Below are positions 1 through 10,616 of a stretch of 64,000 bases of DNA, piece by piece. The number at the start of each line of letters is the position of its first letter. The stretch's first letter is position 1. The notes under the pieces are model-generated. The model did not search any database. It was not told the DNA's origin and saw only the letters and a program-made list of their open reading frames with translations. Source of the stretch: Schizochytrium sp. TIO01 (Eukaryota; Protista; Bigyra: Labyrinthulomycetes); NCBI GenBank assembly GCA_004764695.1, contig SMSO01000037.1, forward strand, positions 1,216,747-1,280,746, in the 5' to 3' direction. The position numbers and the translations under genes are program-made.

Positions 1-245
1 AAGATATTCAAGTACTTCTCAGAGAGGCGGCTCCAGGTTAGCACCATAGCATCAAAACCAGCTCGTCGCCTTGAGTCGTAGTTGAACCTAGCAGTGCTTG
101 CAGGATCATGCTGCACATGCGGGCGGTACGAGGGGAAAGTTCAAGATCGAAAATATCCAACAAGTCATCGAAGAAATATATGCATACTATAATTACAGCA
201 TTCTTGTTGGTACTATTGAGTCTACTCAGGAAGGGCCCAAAAGAC

Positions 246-3200
246 TCACGAGAGTGCTTCAAGTTCAGATCGAACTCGATGGAATTCTGTCTGTAGTCGC
301 TGTAATGTTGAGTCATCCTCACCATGAAGAGCCATTTCAAGGCTTAACTGCTGAAGCCGAAGGTTAAGCCGTCGGAGATCCTGTGACGAGCGCAAGCCTT
401 CCGCGTCGTCCTCGCCTAGTGCACTGAGACCTAACATTCCGCTGCGATCAATGCTCGCTGAGGAACCATGGCTGAAGCGCAGCTGCTCCATCGCAGCGAC
501 ATTTGAAGTACCGGCGTCAACAGAATCGTCAGCGGCACGTAGAGGGGAAGGGGCGAAGCCTGTTACAGCGCGCCTTAAGCTGTCGTTGTCATCGTTATCA
601 CTATTCTCGCCATAGTGATGTTGGTTGTGGTTGTGGTTGTTGTTGTTGTTGTTGTTGTTGTTGCTGTTGACACTAATGCTACTGTTGCTATGGCGGATTG
701 GACTGTTGCTCATCATGCTCTCGCCTACTTGAAAAAAATCTTTCTTCGCAATCGGACTTCCCTGAAAACCTGCTTCGACGCCAATGTCATGTCTTCTACG
801 TGCGCCACCTGCAAGACCATCCACTCCGTCTTCCTCCTGCTCCTCATCATCCTCATCAGCAAAACTTGATTCCAGAGTTCCGGACTCTGGAGATCTATGA
901 ATTGCAAAATTAGTATTGAAATAATCAACTGTTCCCCCCTGGCTGCGCCGAGGGGGTGTATGAACTGAACGATAGTCACTTAAGCGCTCGGCAGCTCCTC
1001 CTGCAACGCCGTGAAACATGCGCGGGTGGTGCAGGTGGTGATGGTTTCGGGTAGGTGCCATATGGTCATTGGAGACATCTTCTATGTAACCTTCGCCTTC
1101 GTAGTCCTCCTCATTTTCAGTATAGACATTATCACCACTTTTCAGCGAACCGGCTTCCTTGTCTTCTCCTAACAAGCCATCTTTTCGATACCCAAACTTT
1201 CCTAGACCCTCTTCTTCTTCTTCATCCCAGGTACCTTGGCCAACATCAGATACAACTTCATCAGCATTTGCACCACGAGCATTTCGAATCATGCCTAAAT
1301 GCACATCGCTAGCATCCATAGCAACACCATCCTCCTTGAGAAGGTCCTCACGAGTCTTGAGCGATTTTTCTAGCATCTGCAAACAGTTGCGTAATTTATC
1401 GTGATATGATGAAGGGTCTTCATCATTATCAGAGTAAGCGCTTGAAGATGATTCCTCTTCATCTTCTGTCCCAACAGCACGTTCATGTGAACCCATGCCG
1501 TACACCAATTGTTGATTTCCTTGATACAAAAGGTCCCGCTGATGCTGTAAATGAACTAGACGATTCGCCTGTTGTATTAATTCTTGAAAACGCTCCTCGA
1601 TAGTAGCTTGCCGCTTCTGTAGACGTAGTGCATTGTCACGCATAGCCTCAACCTCGTCAGAACCTAAAGTTAGCTCTTCATCCGCAAGGAGCTCCTCACG
1701 TTGTTTGAAAACATGCGCTTGAACCTTAACTGCATCAGCTGCAATCTCGCACATATCTTCACTCAAAGGCTGAGTCAGGTGTTCTGACTTGATTGGTGTC
1801 AGGAGGCTTGTTAAACGTTTTAACCGGTGCATGCTTGCCTCAGCCGCATGAAGAAGGCTTTTTATCTGGGAATCAAGAGTATCAAGTTGGCTCAGTTGCG
1901 TCTGTCGAACTCGTGACATTTCTGAACGCTCTTCGCTCTCGCTTTCCTCGTTCTGAACCTTATTCTGGATTGAGTGACTTTTATCGTTTGCTCTGGAGGT
2001 GTGCTCGCTTTCCTCTACATCGTTGGTAGCACTTAAATGTTTAAGTTTAGATGTGTTAGACTGGCGGCTTCCGTACTGGTGAGAATCTCCTGTTGATGGT
2101 GATGTGCGAACCATGCGGCTTATCCGTGAGGAATACTCATCATTTACCTCGTCATCACTTTCTTCAAGCTCGGTTTCCACTACACCTAGGGTTTTGCCAA
2201 CTTTCTTGCTATCAAGCGAATCAGACGTGGCGTTCTCTTCTTCGTTTACTTCTTCCTCCTGAATATAAAGAAAATCTCGAAACGAGTTTTGTGCTAAGGT
2301 CTCCTTTTCAACAATAGCCTTCGCAAGTTCAGCACGTGCATTCCTTGCCCGCGCAACAAGCAACGGTGCCATGGACTGAAGTTCGTGCAATGGTGTGCCA
2401 GGACCTGATCTTGCCTTCGAAATTTCAGAAGAATTCATAGAGTGAGAAGCAGACAAGTGGTGGCCTTGACTGGTTGGACGAGATGTTAATTTCATACCAG
2501 ATCTATTTAACGGTTCAGATGAAGCATCAGAACCGATCTCAACATTCCCCGGAACAACATTCTCAAGGTTCTGGTCTTGCACAACTTCGTGCTCAAGTTG
2601 TTGTGCTCTCCCACGGCCAAGTTTCGCTTGCGTAGTCATCTTACTACGAATCTCACTGTCATTTTCCTCTGCGGAATTATCTTGATGTGATTCCGAGGTG
2701 AGGTCTGAGAATGCCACCTTTTTGGTCAAATTATTTCTCTTACCAGCACCAGTAACAGAATTTTCATCTTGAGTGAGCGTCGCCCACTTTGCCTCTAAAC
2801 GTGCATGTTCGACTTCAATTTGTTTCCGGTGACGCGCAAGCTCTTCCTCGATTCTTCGACGTTCCTCTTCAATTTTATTGTGCTCACGCGCTTGCTCAGC
2901 TGCGCGTTGCGACAGCTCATCATCCAGTCGAGCCTTTTCCTCCATGACTTCCTTCACAGCCTCCTTAACAAGATTCTCAATCTCTGGAGAAGCTGAGACC
3001 CTTTGGTGATCTTCAGAACCACCCTCGTTCAAAGCGTTTGTATCGTCATCATTTGAAGTTGATTTCTTGCCTCGATTAGCTCGAGGCGATGGACCAGAAA
3101 GACCAAGATTCAATGTACTGGGAGGGTGGCGTGAAACGGGATCCTCTTGAATTTGAGACACAAGCTCCTCGTTGCGCTGCAATGTGCTGTATCTCTCGTT

Positions 3201-6200
3201 ACGGATGGTTTCCCATTCTTGTTGGATTCGCTTGTTGAGCTCTCTGCGTTCTACCTCCAATGCTTCACGCTCCCATTGTTGGCGAGATTGCAATGCTTCC
3301 CGCTCTGCACTTAGCTGCTCAAGCATTTGACGCCTTTCTGCTTCGACTTTGTTGGTTGAAGCAGCTGCAGCAGCTGCTGATGAACCCTGTTTCACTAACG
3401 CCTCCATCTTTTGTAACGCATAATCCTGATCTTGGCGTTGGACTTTAAGTATAGCTTCATGAAGAACTTTTAGCTCATCTTGCTGTCGATTTGCAAGAGC
3501 GCGAGTTTGATCAAGAAGACGGTTTTCCATCGCACGCTGAGCACGCTCAATGTCGCCTACTTCTCTTCTCCAACCTTGCTCCTGCTCCATACGAATGTTC
3601 TTAATCTCCTTCATCAGTTCATTGATAGTCCTGCTTTCTGAGGCAAGCACACCATTGGTGGCCTGGCGAGGAACTGCTGCAATAACTGGCATGCGACCAG
3701 CTTCAGAAGTGATTGTTTGGCGCTGTTCACGCTCCCGAGTCTTTTGCCTCTGCTCTCGCTCAGACACATTCTTTAACCGACGCTGCAGCTCTTCCCCATA
3801 AGATTCGAGGCGCTTCGCAAGATGAGAGCTGGCAGTCTGCTCCTGTGCTTGCTCTACAGCATGCCGCTTGTCTCGTTCGTGAATTTTTTGAGCTTGGAAT
3901 TCAACTGCTGTTGCGCGCTTTGCAAGAGCACGTTCTCGTTTACGTACCTCTGCAATCTGTTTTTTGAGCGATTGTAATTTGGTCTCGAGGGCTGTCTGGC
4001 TGCGGATCAGATCACGTTTCTTTTCACGAATTGATTGTGACTCCTCATCAAGCTTCTTACTACGCGTTAAAAGCGTATTTGACGTTTCAATGAGATTTGC
4101 TTCTCGATTCTCAACTTCTTTCACCCGACGTTGCAAAAGTTCGGAAGCAGCACGCAGCTCTTCTTTAACACGGATATCAAGTCGGCGTGCACGAGCTATC
4201 CGAACAGAAGCACGTTTCTTCTCCGCTACCGCATCCTGGCGAGCCAAAGCCATTTTTTTTTTCAAAGTCTGGCGTTCATGATTCAAACTTTCCCTCAAAG
4301 CTTGCAAACGTTGCTCAGTCTGTGCAAGGGCTACCTCTCGATTTGCGCAGGCTACCTCTCGTTCATCTAAATTCCGAAGTTGCTCATCTAGCTCAAGTTC
4401 GCGTTGCTGCAGAAATTCGCGCTCTCTGACAAGGTTTACTCTTTCATCCTGCAAGGCCCCGTCTGCGTCTTGCCAAAGTGCAGTATCGCTTTGTAAAGAC
4501 CTTCGCGCATCTTGAATGGATTTTCGTTCATCTTCAAGGAGCTTTTCTTCACTCTGCAGCTTTGATTCGCGTTCTGCAAGTCGCTGTTTCTCGTCCTCCA
4601 CTTTGCTTCGTAAGTGTTCCAGTTCTGTTCTCTCGAGAATTAATTTGTTCTCGGCCTTTTCGAGTGCGGTCTTATGCGCGTCCAAGGTTTCACGATCTGT
4701 TATTACCTTCTTTGCACGCTCTTCCAAACCATGTACAAGTGCAGCTTCTTGGTCTTTTAAATCCTGAAGTTCTTTTCGGACTTTGGCCACCACATTACGA
4801 TCGGCCAGCAGCTCAGCCAAGGTCTTCTCTGCCTCTTCTTTCAATGAATTTTGCTCTCGATGCCAAGCCATCATTTGCTCCTCAAATTGCTTTTCACGAG
4901 TGGAGCTTTGCGCCTGTGCTAGCCGAATAGCATTCTCGCGTGCTGAGACTTCAGCTTCTCGAATCTTTAAGGAGTTTTTATCTTCTAAAATAGATCGCCG
5001 CTCCTCGGCAAGGCGGTCCTGGTCACCTTGAAGTTCTTTCTTCTTATCCTCAAGAGCCTTCACCCCCGAAGCAAGTTCTCCACTTTTGATGCTCCAATCT
5101 TTGTCATATTGTTTACGCTTCTCTTCCAGTTGCGCTTGCTCATATTTCACAATTGCACTTTTTTCATCTATCTCTGCCTGCAATATGGCCAGGGCGTTTT
5201 CAGATGATGAATGTTTCTTTTCTTTTTCTTGAAGTTCTCGAGAAGACTTTTCTAATTCCGCTTGTTGTTCGGAAAGCTTCGACTCTAAGGCCTCAAGTTT
5301 GACCTTTGTTTCGGCAAGTGAGCTTTCCTGTACCTTCACCGCCTTTTCACGCTCTTCTAGGTTCCCCAAGAGTGCGCGGTCTTGTCGCAGGCGTTCCAAG
5401 TCCCTAGTCAAACTGCGCTCTGCATTGCATGCAGCTTGCTCAGCCTGGTTTGCTCGACGCCTCGCTTGAACTGCTTCAGCAAGTTCCCTTTTCGCTTGTT
5501 GCACAGTTTCAACCATCTTTTCTCGCTCAGTCTCAATGCGAGCTACTGCTGCTTCTCTTGCTCGCAAAATCTTGAACTGTTTCTCCACTGTCGAAGTTTG
5601 CCCTTCCAGTTGTACGCGTACTTTCGCTAATTGCGCCTCGCCATTCTCCAGAGCCTCCAGACGCCCCTTGTCAGTCTCTGCTTGCGCAAGTCTCTTCTTA
5701 AGTCTGCCAATCTCCTGCTCAGCGTCCTCCAATAAGCCCTTGTCCGCTCTCCACCGCGTCTTCTCACGTGCGAGATCTTCTGCTTCTTTCTGGGTCTGTG
5801 CCTTGAGTGCTTCGAGCTTAAACTCTTCCTCCCGCACCTGAATCTGCATTGACTTTAGGTCCCTCAGAGCTTTCTCCCGCACCAAGACGCTCGCCTCTAA
5901 AGCCTCGGCCTCCCTCACGCGAATTTCTGCGTTCTTCCTTGCCTCCAAAGCCTCTGCGTGCCTTTTTTCGAGCTGCTGGCGTTCTTCTCGCACGTTCTTT
6001 TCCCACAAGCCACGCGCTTTTTCCATCTCCGCCTTCGTGCGTTCTAACTCATTACGCTGCTGTTCATGCCGCGACTGCATCTCCTCTGCCGCCCTATGCG
6101 CTTCCTTTTCTTTCTCTTGTGCGCGAGATGTAGCAATTCGGGCCTTTTCGAGCTGTACTTCGAGTTGTCTCCGCACTTCCTCCGCGTCTCGGACCCTCCG

Positions 6201-6956
6201 AGCAGCGTCTGCCTCCTTGGCCTGGGCCGCGTCGAGGCGGTCAGCGAGAGACTTCTGAGCCTCGGAGACGCGGCGAGCCTCTTCTCGAAGCTTGTTTAGC
6301 GCCTCGGCAGCTTGAGAAGACTCTAGTAGGCGCCTCTGCGAAGTCGCCTCGAGTCGCGAGGACTCCTGCTGCAGACTATTGATGTGCGATGTTAGGGTGC
6401 GTTCATCGTCCCGGAGCGCATCCGTGCGACTCAAGAGCGCTTGATGCTGCTCGAGTAGTTCCAGCTCAAATGCTTCGCCAACTCGAGCGAGAAGGTTTCC
6501 CACACGCGGAGCGGACGCCACTCTGTGGTCTGAGACCGAACTGCCTATAGAGACAGACGAGACATCATCGTAGGCATCATCGTCGAGTTGGGCTCCAGGA
6601 GCATCGCGTGAGAGCAGATCTTCGGAAGACCGCGCTGCGAGAATGAAATCTACGGTCGTTCGTGTGGGTGATGACGGTTTTGGAGCCGCAGTTAAGTTTG
6701 CGTTGTAGCTGGGCCTCGAGGAGGCATGGTCGAAAGCACCTGCTAAGCCTGCTGCAAGATTGGCCTCAGCATCCTCGATGGAGGCAGAATCGGCCGCTCT
6801 AGCTAGTGAAGCGGCGCTGCTCAGGGCAAAAAGACCAGAGGCTTGCTCGGAGCGTCCTGAATGGTCAGCGAGTTCGCCGACCGACGTGTCCATCGCATCG
6901 CGAGCGGAGCGCGCTTTGCGGTCTGCGGCGGATCCCACTTGGTCACTCCGTGCCAT
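246..6956 (-). CDS. Giant (~2236 aa) coiled-coil protein, function unknown
   Basis: Uninterrupted 6.7 kb ORF. First ATG is at 6956 (the ORF track starts at an upstream GTG, 6968). About 1200 aa of E/K/R/Q/A/L-rich heptad-like sequence is followed by acidic/Ser-rich low-complexity sequence and a poly-Asn/His tract. Confidence 0.85.
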   Translation of the reverse strand: MARSDQVGSAADRKARSARDAMDTSVGELADHSGRSEQASGLFALSSAASLARAADSASIEDAEANLAAGLAGAFDHASSRPSYNANLTAAPKPSSPTRTTVDFILAARSSEDLLSRDAPGAQLDDDAYDDVSSVSIGSSVSDHRVASAPRVGNLLARVGEAFELELLEQHQALLSRTDALRDDERTLTSHINSLQQESSRLEATSQRRLLESSQAAEALNKLREEARRVSEAQKSLADRLDAAQAKEADAARRVRDAEEVRRQLEVQLEKARIATSRAQEKEKEAHRAAEEMQSRHEQQRNELERTKAEMEKARGLWEKNVREERQQLEKRHAEALEARKNAEIRVREAEALEASVLVREKALRDLKSMQIQVREEEFKLEALKAQTQKEAEDLAREKTRWRADKGLLEDAEQEIGRLKKRLAQAETDKGRLEALENGEAQLAKVRVQLEGQTSTVEKQFKILRAREAAVARIETEREKMVETVQQAKRELAEAVQARRRANQAEQAACNAERSLTRDLERLRQDRALLGNLEEREKAVKVQESSLAETKVKLEALESKLSEQQAELEKSSRELQEKEKKHSSSENALAILQAEIDEKSAIVKYEQAQLEEKRKQYDKDWSIKSGELASGVKALEDKKKELQGDQDRLAEERRSILEDKNSLKIREAEVSARENAIRLAQAQSSTREKQFEEQMMAWHREQNSLKEEAEKTLAELLADRNVVAKVRKELQDLKDQEAALVHGLEERAKKVITDRETLDAHKTALEKAENKLILERTELEHLRSKVEDEKQRLAERESKLQSEEKLLEDERKSIQDARRSLQSDTALWQDADGALQDERVNLVREREFLQQRELELDEQLRNLDEREVACANREVALAQTEQRLQALRESLNHERQTLKKKMALARQDAVAEKKRASVRIARARRLDIRVKEELRAASELLQRRVKEVENREANLIETSNTLLTRSKKLDEESQSIREKKRDLIRSQTALETKLQSLKKQIAEVRKRERALAKRATAVEFQAQKIHERDKRHAVEQAQEQTASSHLAKRLESYGEELQRRLKNVSEREQRQKTREREQRQTITSEAGRMPVIAAVPRQATNGVLASESRTINELMKEIKNIRMEQEQGWRREVGDIERAQRAMENRLLDQTRALANRQQDELKVLHEAILKVQRQDQDYALQKMEALVKQGSSAAAAAASTNKVEAERRQMLEQLSAEREALQSRQQWEREALEVERRELNKRIQQEWETIRNERYSTLQRNEELVSQIQEDPVSRHPPSTLNLGLSGPSPRANRGKKSTSNDDDTNALNEGGSEDHQRVSASPEIENLVKEAVKEVMEEKARLDDELSQRAAEQAREHNKIEEERRRIEEELARHRKQIEVEHARLEAKWATLTQDENSVTGAGKRNNLTKKVAFSDLTSESHQDNSAEENDSEIRSKMTTQAKLGRGRAQQLEHEVVQDQNLENVVPGNVEIGSDASSEPLNRSGMKLTSRPTSQGHHLSASHSMNSSEISKARSGPGTPLHELQSMAPLLVARARNARAELAKAIVEKETLAQNSFRDFLYIQEEEVNEEENATSDSLDSKKVGKTLGVVETELEESDDEVNDEYSSRISRMVRTSPSTGDSHQYGSRQSNTSKLKHLSATNDVEESEHTSRANDKSHSIQNKVQNEESESEERSEMSRVRQTQLSQLDTLDSQIKSLLHAAEASMHRLKRLTSLLTPIKSEHLTQPLSEDMCEIAADAVKVQAHVFKQREELLADEELTLGSDEVEAMRDNALRLQKRQATIEERFQELIQQANRLVHLQHQRDLLYQGNQQLVYGMGSHERAVGTEDEEESSSSAYSDNDEDPSSYHDKLRNCLQMLEKSLKTREDLLKEDGVAMDASDVHLGMIRNARGANADEVVSDVGQGTWDEEEEEGLGKFGYRKDGLLGEDKEAGSLKSGDNVYTENEEDYEGEGYIEDVSNDHMAPTRNHHHLHHPRMFHGVAGGAAERLSDYRSVHTPPRRSQGGTVDYFNTNFAIHRSPESGTLESSFADEDDEEQEEDGVDGLAGGARRRHDIGVEAGFQGSPIAKKDFFQVGESMMSNSPIRHSNSSISVNSNNNNNNNNNHNHNQHHYGENSDNDDNDSLRRAVTGFAPSPLRAADDSVDAGTSNVAAMEQLRFSHGSSASIDRSGMLGLSALGEDDAEGLRSSQDLRRLNLRLQQLSLEMALHGEDDSTLQRLQTEFHRVRSELEALS
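636..662. repeat. (GTT)9 / (AAC)9 coding microsatellite encoding poly-Asn
   Basis: Directly visible; translates as N9 followed by HNHNQHH in the minus-strand ORF. Confidence 0.9.
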
Positions 6957-7184
6957 CTTTTTCCTCACCTTAGGCTCATTTTATTTAATTACACGAACTC
7001 AAATTCAACCCCAAAATGGAAAATTTCCTAAACCAAAAACCCAAAGGCTTCAGAGGACCTCATGAACCAAAGACTCCTCTGCGTCTATACATATGCTCTT
7101 CTGATGGACGTGGTGTCGTGCAGGCTAGGCATCAGTACCTACACGCACCAGAGCTCCTCCATGCCAAAAACCTAACGGCGAATT

Positions 7185-7228
7185 AATGAATGAATGAATG
7201 AATGAATGAATGAATGAATGAATGAATG
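7185..7228. repeat. (AATG)11 microsatellite
   Basis: Perfect tetranucleotide tandem repeat in the divergent intergenic region. Confidence 0.95.
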
Positions 7229-7725
7229 AGTTACTCCGCATTATCGAATGACATGAGGGAAAAAGAATAGAACGGTCCTAGAACAGAACGGTGCATTTGA
7301 GCAGTCGAGACGATGGGATGACCAATACGAATTTGCGAAAGCTGCATCAAATGCAATGCAAGTCTGGTTTGGTTTAGGAGCAGAGGGGCCCCGATGTCGT
7401 TTGGGATGTTGCAGATACGTGCATTTACTGACGATGCATTTCAGGCGTACCAGTGCAGACGGTCGAAGTTTGTCCGGTGATACCTGACCTTGAGGTGAAT
7501 GATGAATGAGGAGGAGTACACACCTACCTCAGGTGTGTTGAGAATGAGTGATTTGGCATCGAATGAATGAGGAATGCAAGTTGAGAACGATTGAACATGT
7601 TGCATTTTGCATGTTGATCTTGAGCTGACAATCACAAACTAACAGTCTCAAATCTAACAACGGCCGCGGATCGCCAACGCTGCTGGATAGACGAAAGGGA
7701 GAAGGGTCTGCTTGGTCTTGAAGCG

Positions 7726-10233
7726 ATGCCAAGACTGGGTTTCAGAGGCAGCAGGGCCGAGGAAGAGAGCGACAAGGAAGATAAACTCGCAGTCGCGCGT
7801 CGCCGCAAGCGCTATGAAAGAGAGTTTGGAACACGCTTTCGTCGAGATGGTAATGACGATGAAGACGAAGATTATGAAGAAAAAGATATGGAAGAGGAGA
7901 TAGACAATAACAATAGCAATGGGGGAAGAGACAATGATGATAGCGAAGATGAGGAAGACATGCGGGCAATATCCATTACAAAGCGCAAGGCAAACTCAGC
8001 ACTTAACCTCAGGCCAGGCAGTTCGCTCGCTGCAAAGGACCTCCGATACTCAACAAAGCCACTAGATTCTCTGTCTGATCGCGAAATGGCCTCTTGGACT
8101 GACTCGAACCATCGAAACATTTTACAGGTTTGCATTGCTGCAGATAACGTTGAGGCCGTGCGTATTGTACTTCGTAGGCTTATCCAACAAAAAGTGGAAA
8201 GATGTCGCCGTGAGGACGAGAGACAGCTTAGAGCAGCTCGGCGAGAGCTTGCACAAATGCAATTAGGTTCGATGCCAAGCGCCCTTAGCTCATGTGAGGG
8301 CCGTGTAAAAGCACGCAAGCACCAAGTGGAAAGTCTAGCACAGATTGCAGAGAATTTCTTTAAAGAGATTGCATGTCAGCCCGACAAAAACGGATGGACT
8401 TCATTTCACTATGCAGCACAATCTCGAAGCTCATGTATTTCTGAGCTTTTGGAAGGTCCCCATCTTGCGAGACTTTCTGCTCTGTCTAATCCGAAAACAC
8501 AGGATCAAATGTATACAGAGCGTTCTTTGATGGTCTCAGTAAGAGACTCTACAGGCTGCACACCTCTTCATATAGCCGCTGCGAATGGAAACGCCTCTGC
8601 TATTCGCGCTCTTCTTCGCTGGAATGCAGATTTCAGCATCAAGAACCTAGACAACGATTTGCCAATCGACGTTGCAATAGATCGCGTCACTCGGCGCGCT
8701 TTACAAGCTGGTCTTCGCGCACCTACAACCATGAGCTCGACAGATAGAATTGCGAGAAGTCAAAAATTGTCTGAAGGTACCAAAATTTCCCTCCAAACAC
8801 TATGTGAATGTGGGGAAAACGTGAATGAAAGATTTGGATTGTCTTTACAGGCATCCTTGCACGAGGCAGCCCGAGCAGGTGATCTGCAGGTTGTTAAATT
8901 TCTAGTTGAAGAAAGCAAAGAAGCTGATGTAAATATTGTCGATGCAAATGGCCGCACGCCTTTGCATATGGCAGCACAGGAAAGCTCAGCTGTCCACCGG
9001 ACAATAGCTGATATCCTTTTGCGTAACGGAGCCAAAGTGAACCACGCAAGTCATGCCGGATACACCCCTCTGCATGCTGTGGCCGCAAGCTCCTGTAGCT
9101 CATCTAAAAACAAGCAGCTGATGGTAGCCTTGTTAATCCGAGCGGGAGCAAGGTTGGAAGCAAAAACTGAGAAAGGGCTCAGCCCACTGTTGCTTGCCTC
9201 GAAACATGGCCATGTAGGAGTCGTTTATGAACTTATTCTATCAGGCTGTAAGCTCAATTCGCTTGACGACAAGCTATGGAACGCTTTGCACTTTGCAACT
9301 TTCTACAAACACTTTGAGCTTGTTCATCTACTTGCTTACGCAGATGCAGAGGTTCAAGTACTGCAACACAATCGAAATTCGCATGGCAAACTACCATCAG
9401 ATCTCTGTCGAGATTCTAGATTCCGGGATGCATTAAAGTCTACCTGGGAATACGCAAGTGAAGGCTGCATTGACAAACTGAGAAGCGCACTGCGGGATGA
9501 GAATGGACAGGCCTCATGGATACTCCAGGAAGACCTGTGGAAGAGTATTACTAAGAATATCAATCAGCAGACTCTGCGACACAAATACACTATTCTGCAT
9601 ACAGCAATCTTGGGTGATCAGTTTTCGCACCGTCATATATCTCATTCTCGCGATGGAAAGTCTACAAAAAGTGTTGAGCAAACTGTACGATATATTCTTG
9701 GACTAAAGGGGATTTCTGTTAATGCCTCTGACGTTCAAGGGCGAACGCCCTTAATGCTCGCTGTTATGTTGGGTCGAAGAGAAATTGCAGAAGAGCTAGT
9801 CAAGCGGGGTGCATCATTATCGCATTTGGACCGGGCTGGGAACAATGTGCTTCACTATGCCAACGCCTATCTACAGACAGGTTTCATAGGTCGTCTCATC
9901 TCGGCCTCTGAAATGGAAGAGGATGAGTCTGCGCTTGATATTGAAAACCACCATGGACAACGGCCCTTTGATGTAGCGGGCTTAAAGAAACATATGATAG
10001 TTCCTGGAGTACAAAGTCTTTGCAAAAACAGGACTCCCAAACATGGCCAACGTAGTAGTAGGCTAGCAACCCATGCCGACGACGGCTCGAAATTCCCAAA
10101 GACAGAGGGGCATGGAGCAGAACAGGACGAGGCAGAAGAGAGCAAAGACGAAGAGGCAGAGCGATCATCAGAGTCGATTGCCGAGCGCACTCAGCGAACA
10201 CTTAAAGAAGTAGCACGAGAAATACAAGAGTAA
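7726..10233 (+). CDS. Ankyrin-repeat protein (835 aa)
   Basis: Many ankyrin consensus units (GWTSFHYAA, GCTPLHIAAANGN, GRTPLHMAA, GYTPLHAVA, GLSPLLLASKHGH, GRTPLMLAVMLGR, GNNVLHYA). Both termini are acidic. Confidence 0.9.
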   Translation: MPRLGFRGSRAEEESDKEDKLAVARRRKRYEREFGTRFRRDGNDDEDEDYEEKDMEEEIDNNNSNGGRDNDDSEDEEDMRAISITKRKANSALNLRPGSSLAAKDLRYSTKPLDSLSDREMASWTDSNHRNILQVCIAADNVEAVRIVLRRLIQQKVERCRREDERQLRAARRELAQMQLGSMPSALSSCEGRVKARKHQVESLAQIAENFFKEIACQPDKNGWTSFHYAAQSRSSCISELLEGPHLARLSALSNPKTQDQMYTERSLMVSVRDSTGCTPLHIAAANGNASAIRALLRWNADFSIKNLDNDLPIDVAIDRVTRRALQAGLRAPTTMSSTDRIARSQKLSEGTKISLQTLCECGENVNERFGLSLQASLHEAARAGDLQVVKFLVEESKEADVNIVDANGRTPLHMAAQESSAVHRTIADILLRNGAKVNHASHAGYTPLHAVAASSCSSSKNKQLMVALLIRAGARLEAKTEKGLSPLLLASKHGHVGVVYELILSGCKLNSLDDKLWNALHFATFYKHFELVHLLAYADAEVQVLQHNRNSHGKLPSDLCRDSRFRDALKSTWEYASEGCIDKLRSALRDENGQASWILQEDLWKSITKNINQQTLRHKYTILHTAILGDQFSHRHISHSRDGKSTKSVEQTVRYILGLKGISVNASDVQGRTPLMLAVMLGRREIAEELVKRGASLSHLDRAGNNVLHYANAYLQTGFIGRLISASEMEEDESALDIENHHGQRPFDVAGLKKHMIVPGVQSLCKNRTPKHGQRSSRLATHADDGSKFPKTEGHGAEQDEAEESKDEEAERSSESIAERTQRTLKEVAREIQE

Positions 10234-10616
10234 AAATTTTAACAGCATCCAGGCCGCAGAAATTTTCTGTTCCCTAATTATATGTTTAATAAGACAGTAA
10301 AAACTGATATTAATATAGAACATCAAATGACCTTAGAGGACGTGGAGTACAACTCTGCACAACTCTCAATTTCGAAATCTTTGACCGCACCGGAAATCAT
10401 GCTAGATAACTTGATTCTGATTCTAGATATATTTTTAATCCTTAAACGGAAAATGGGGTAAAAACAGTCATAGTTTAGTTTAATTTTGTTTGGTTTATTA
10501 GGCAGATTCGATTGATCATAAAGACAGACTAGAGTGTATTGTAGGGTTTGGCAGCTGAGCTTAAAGTAAGCATAATAGGGGGCACAGCGATAGGGCAATG
10601 CGTACGAATTATGTAT

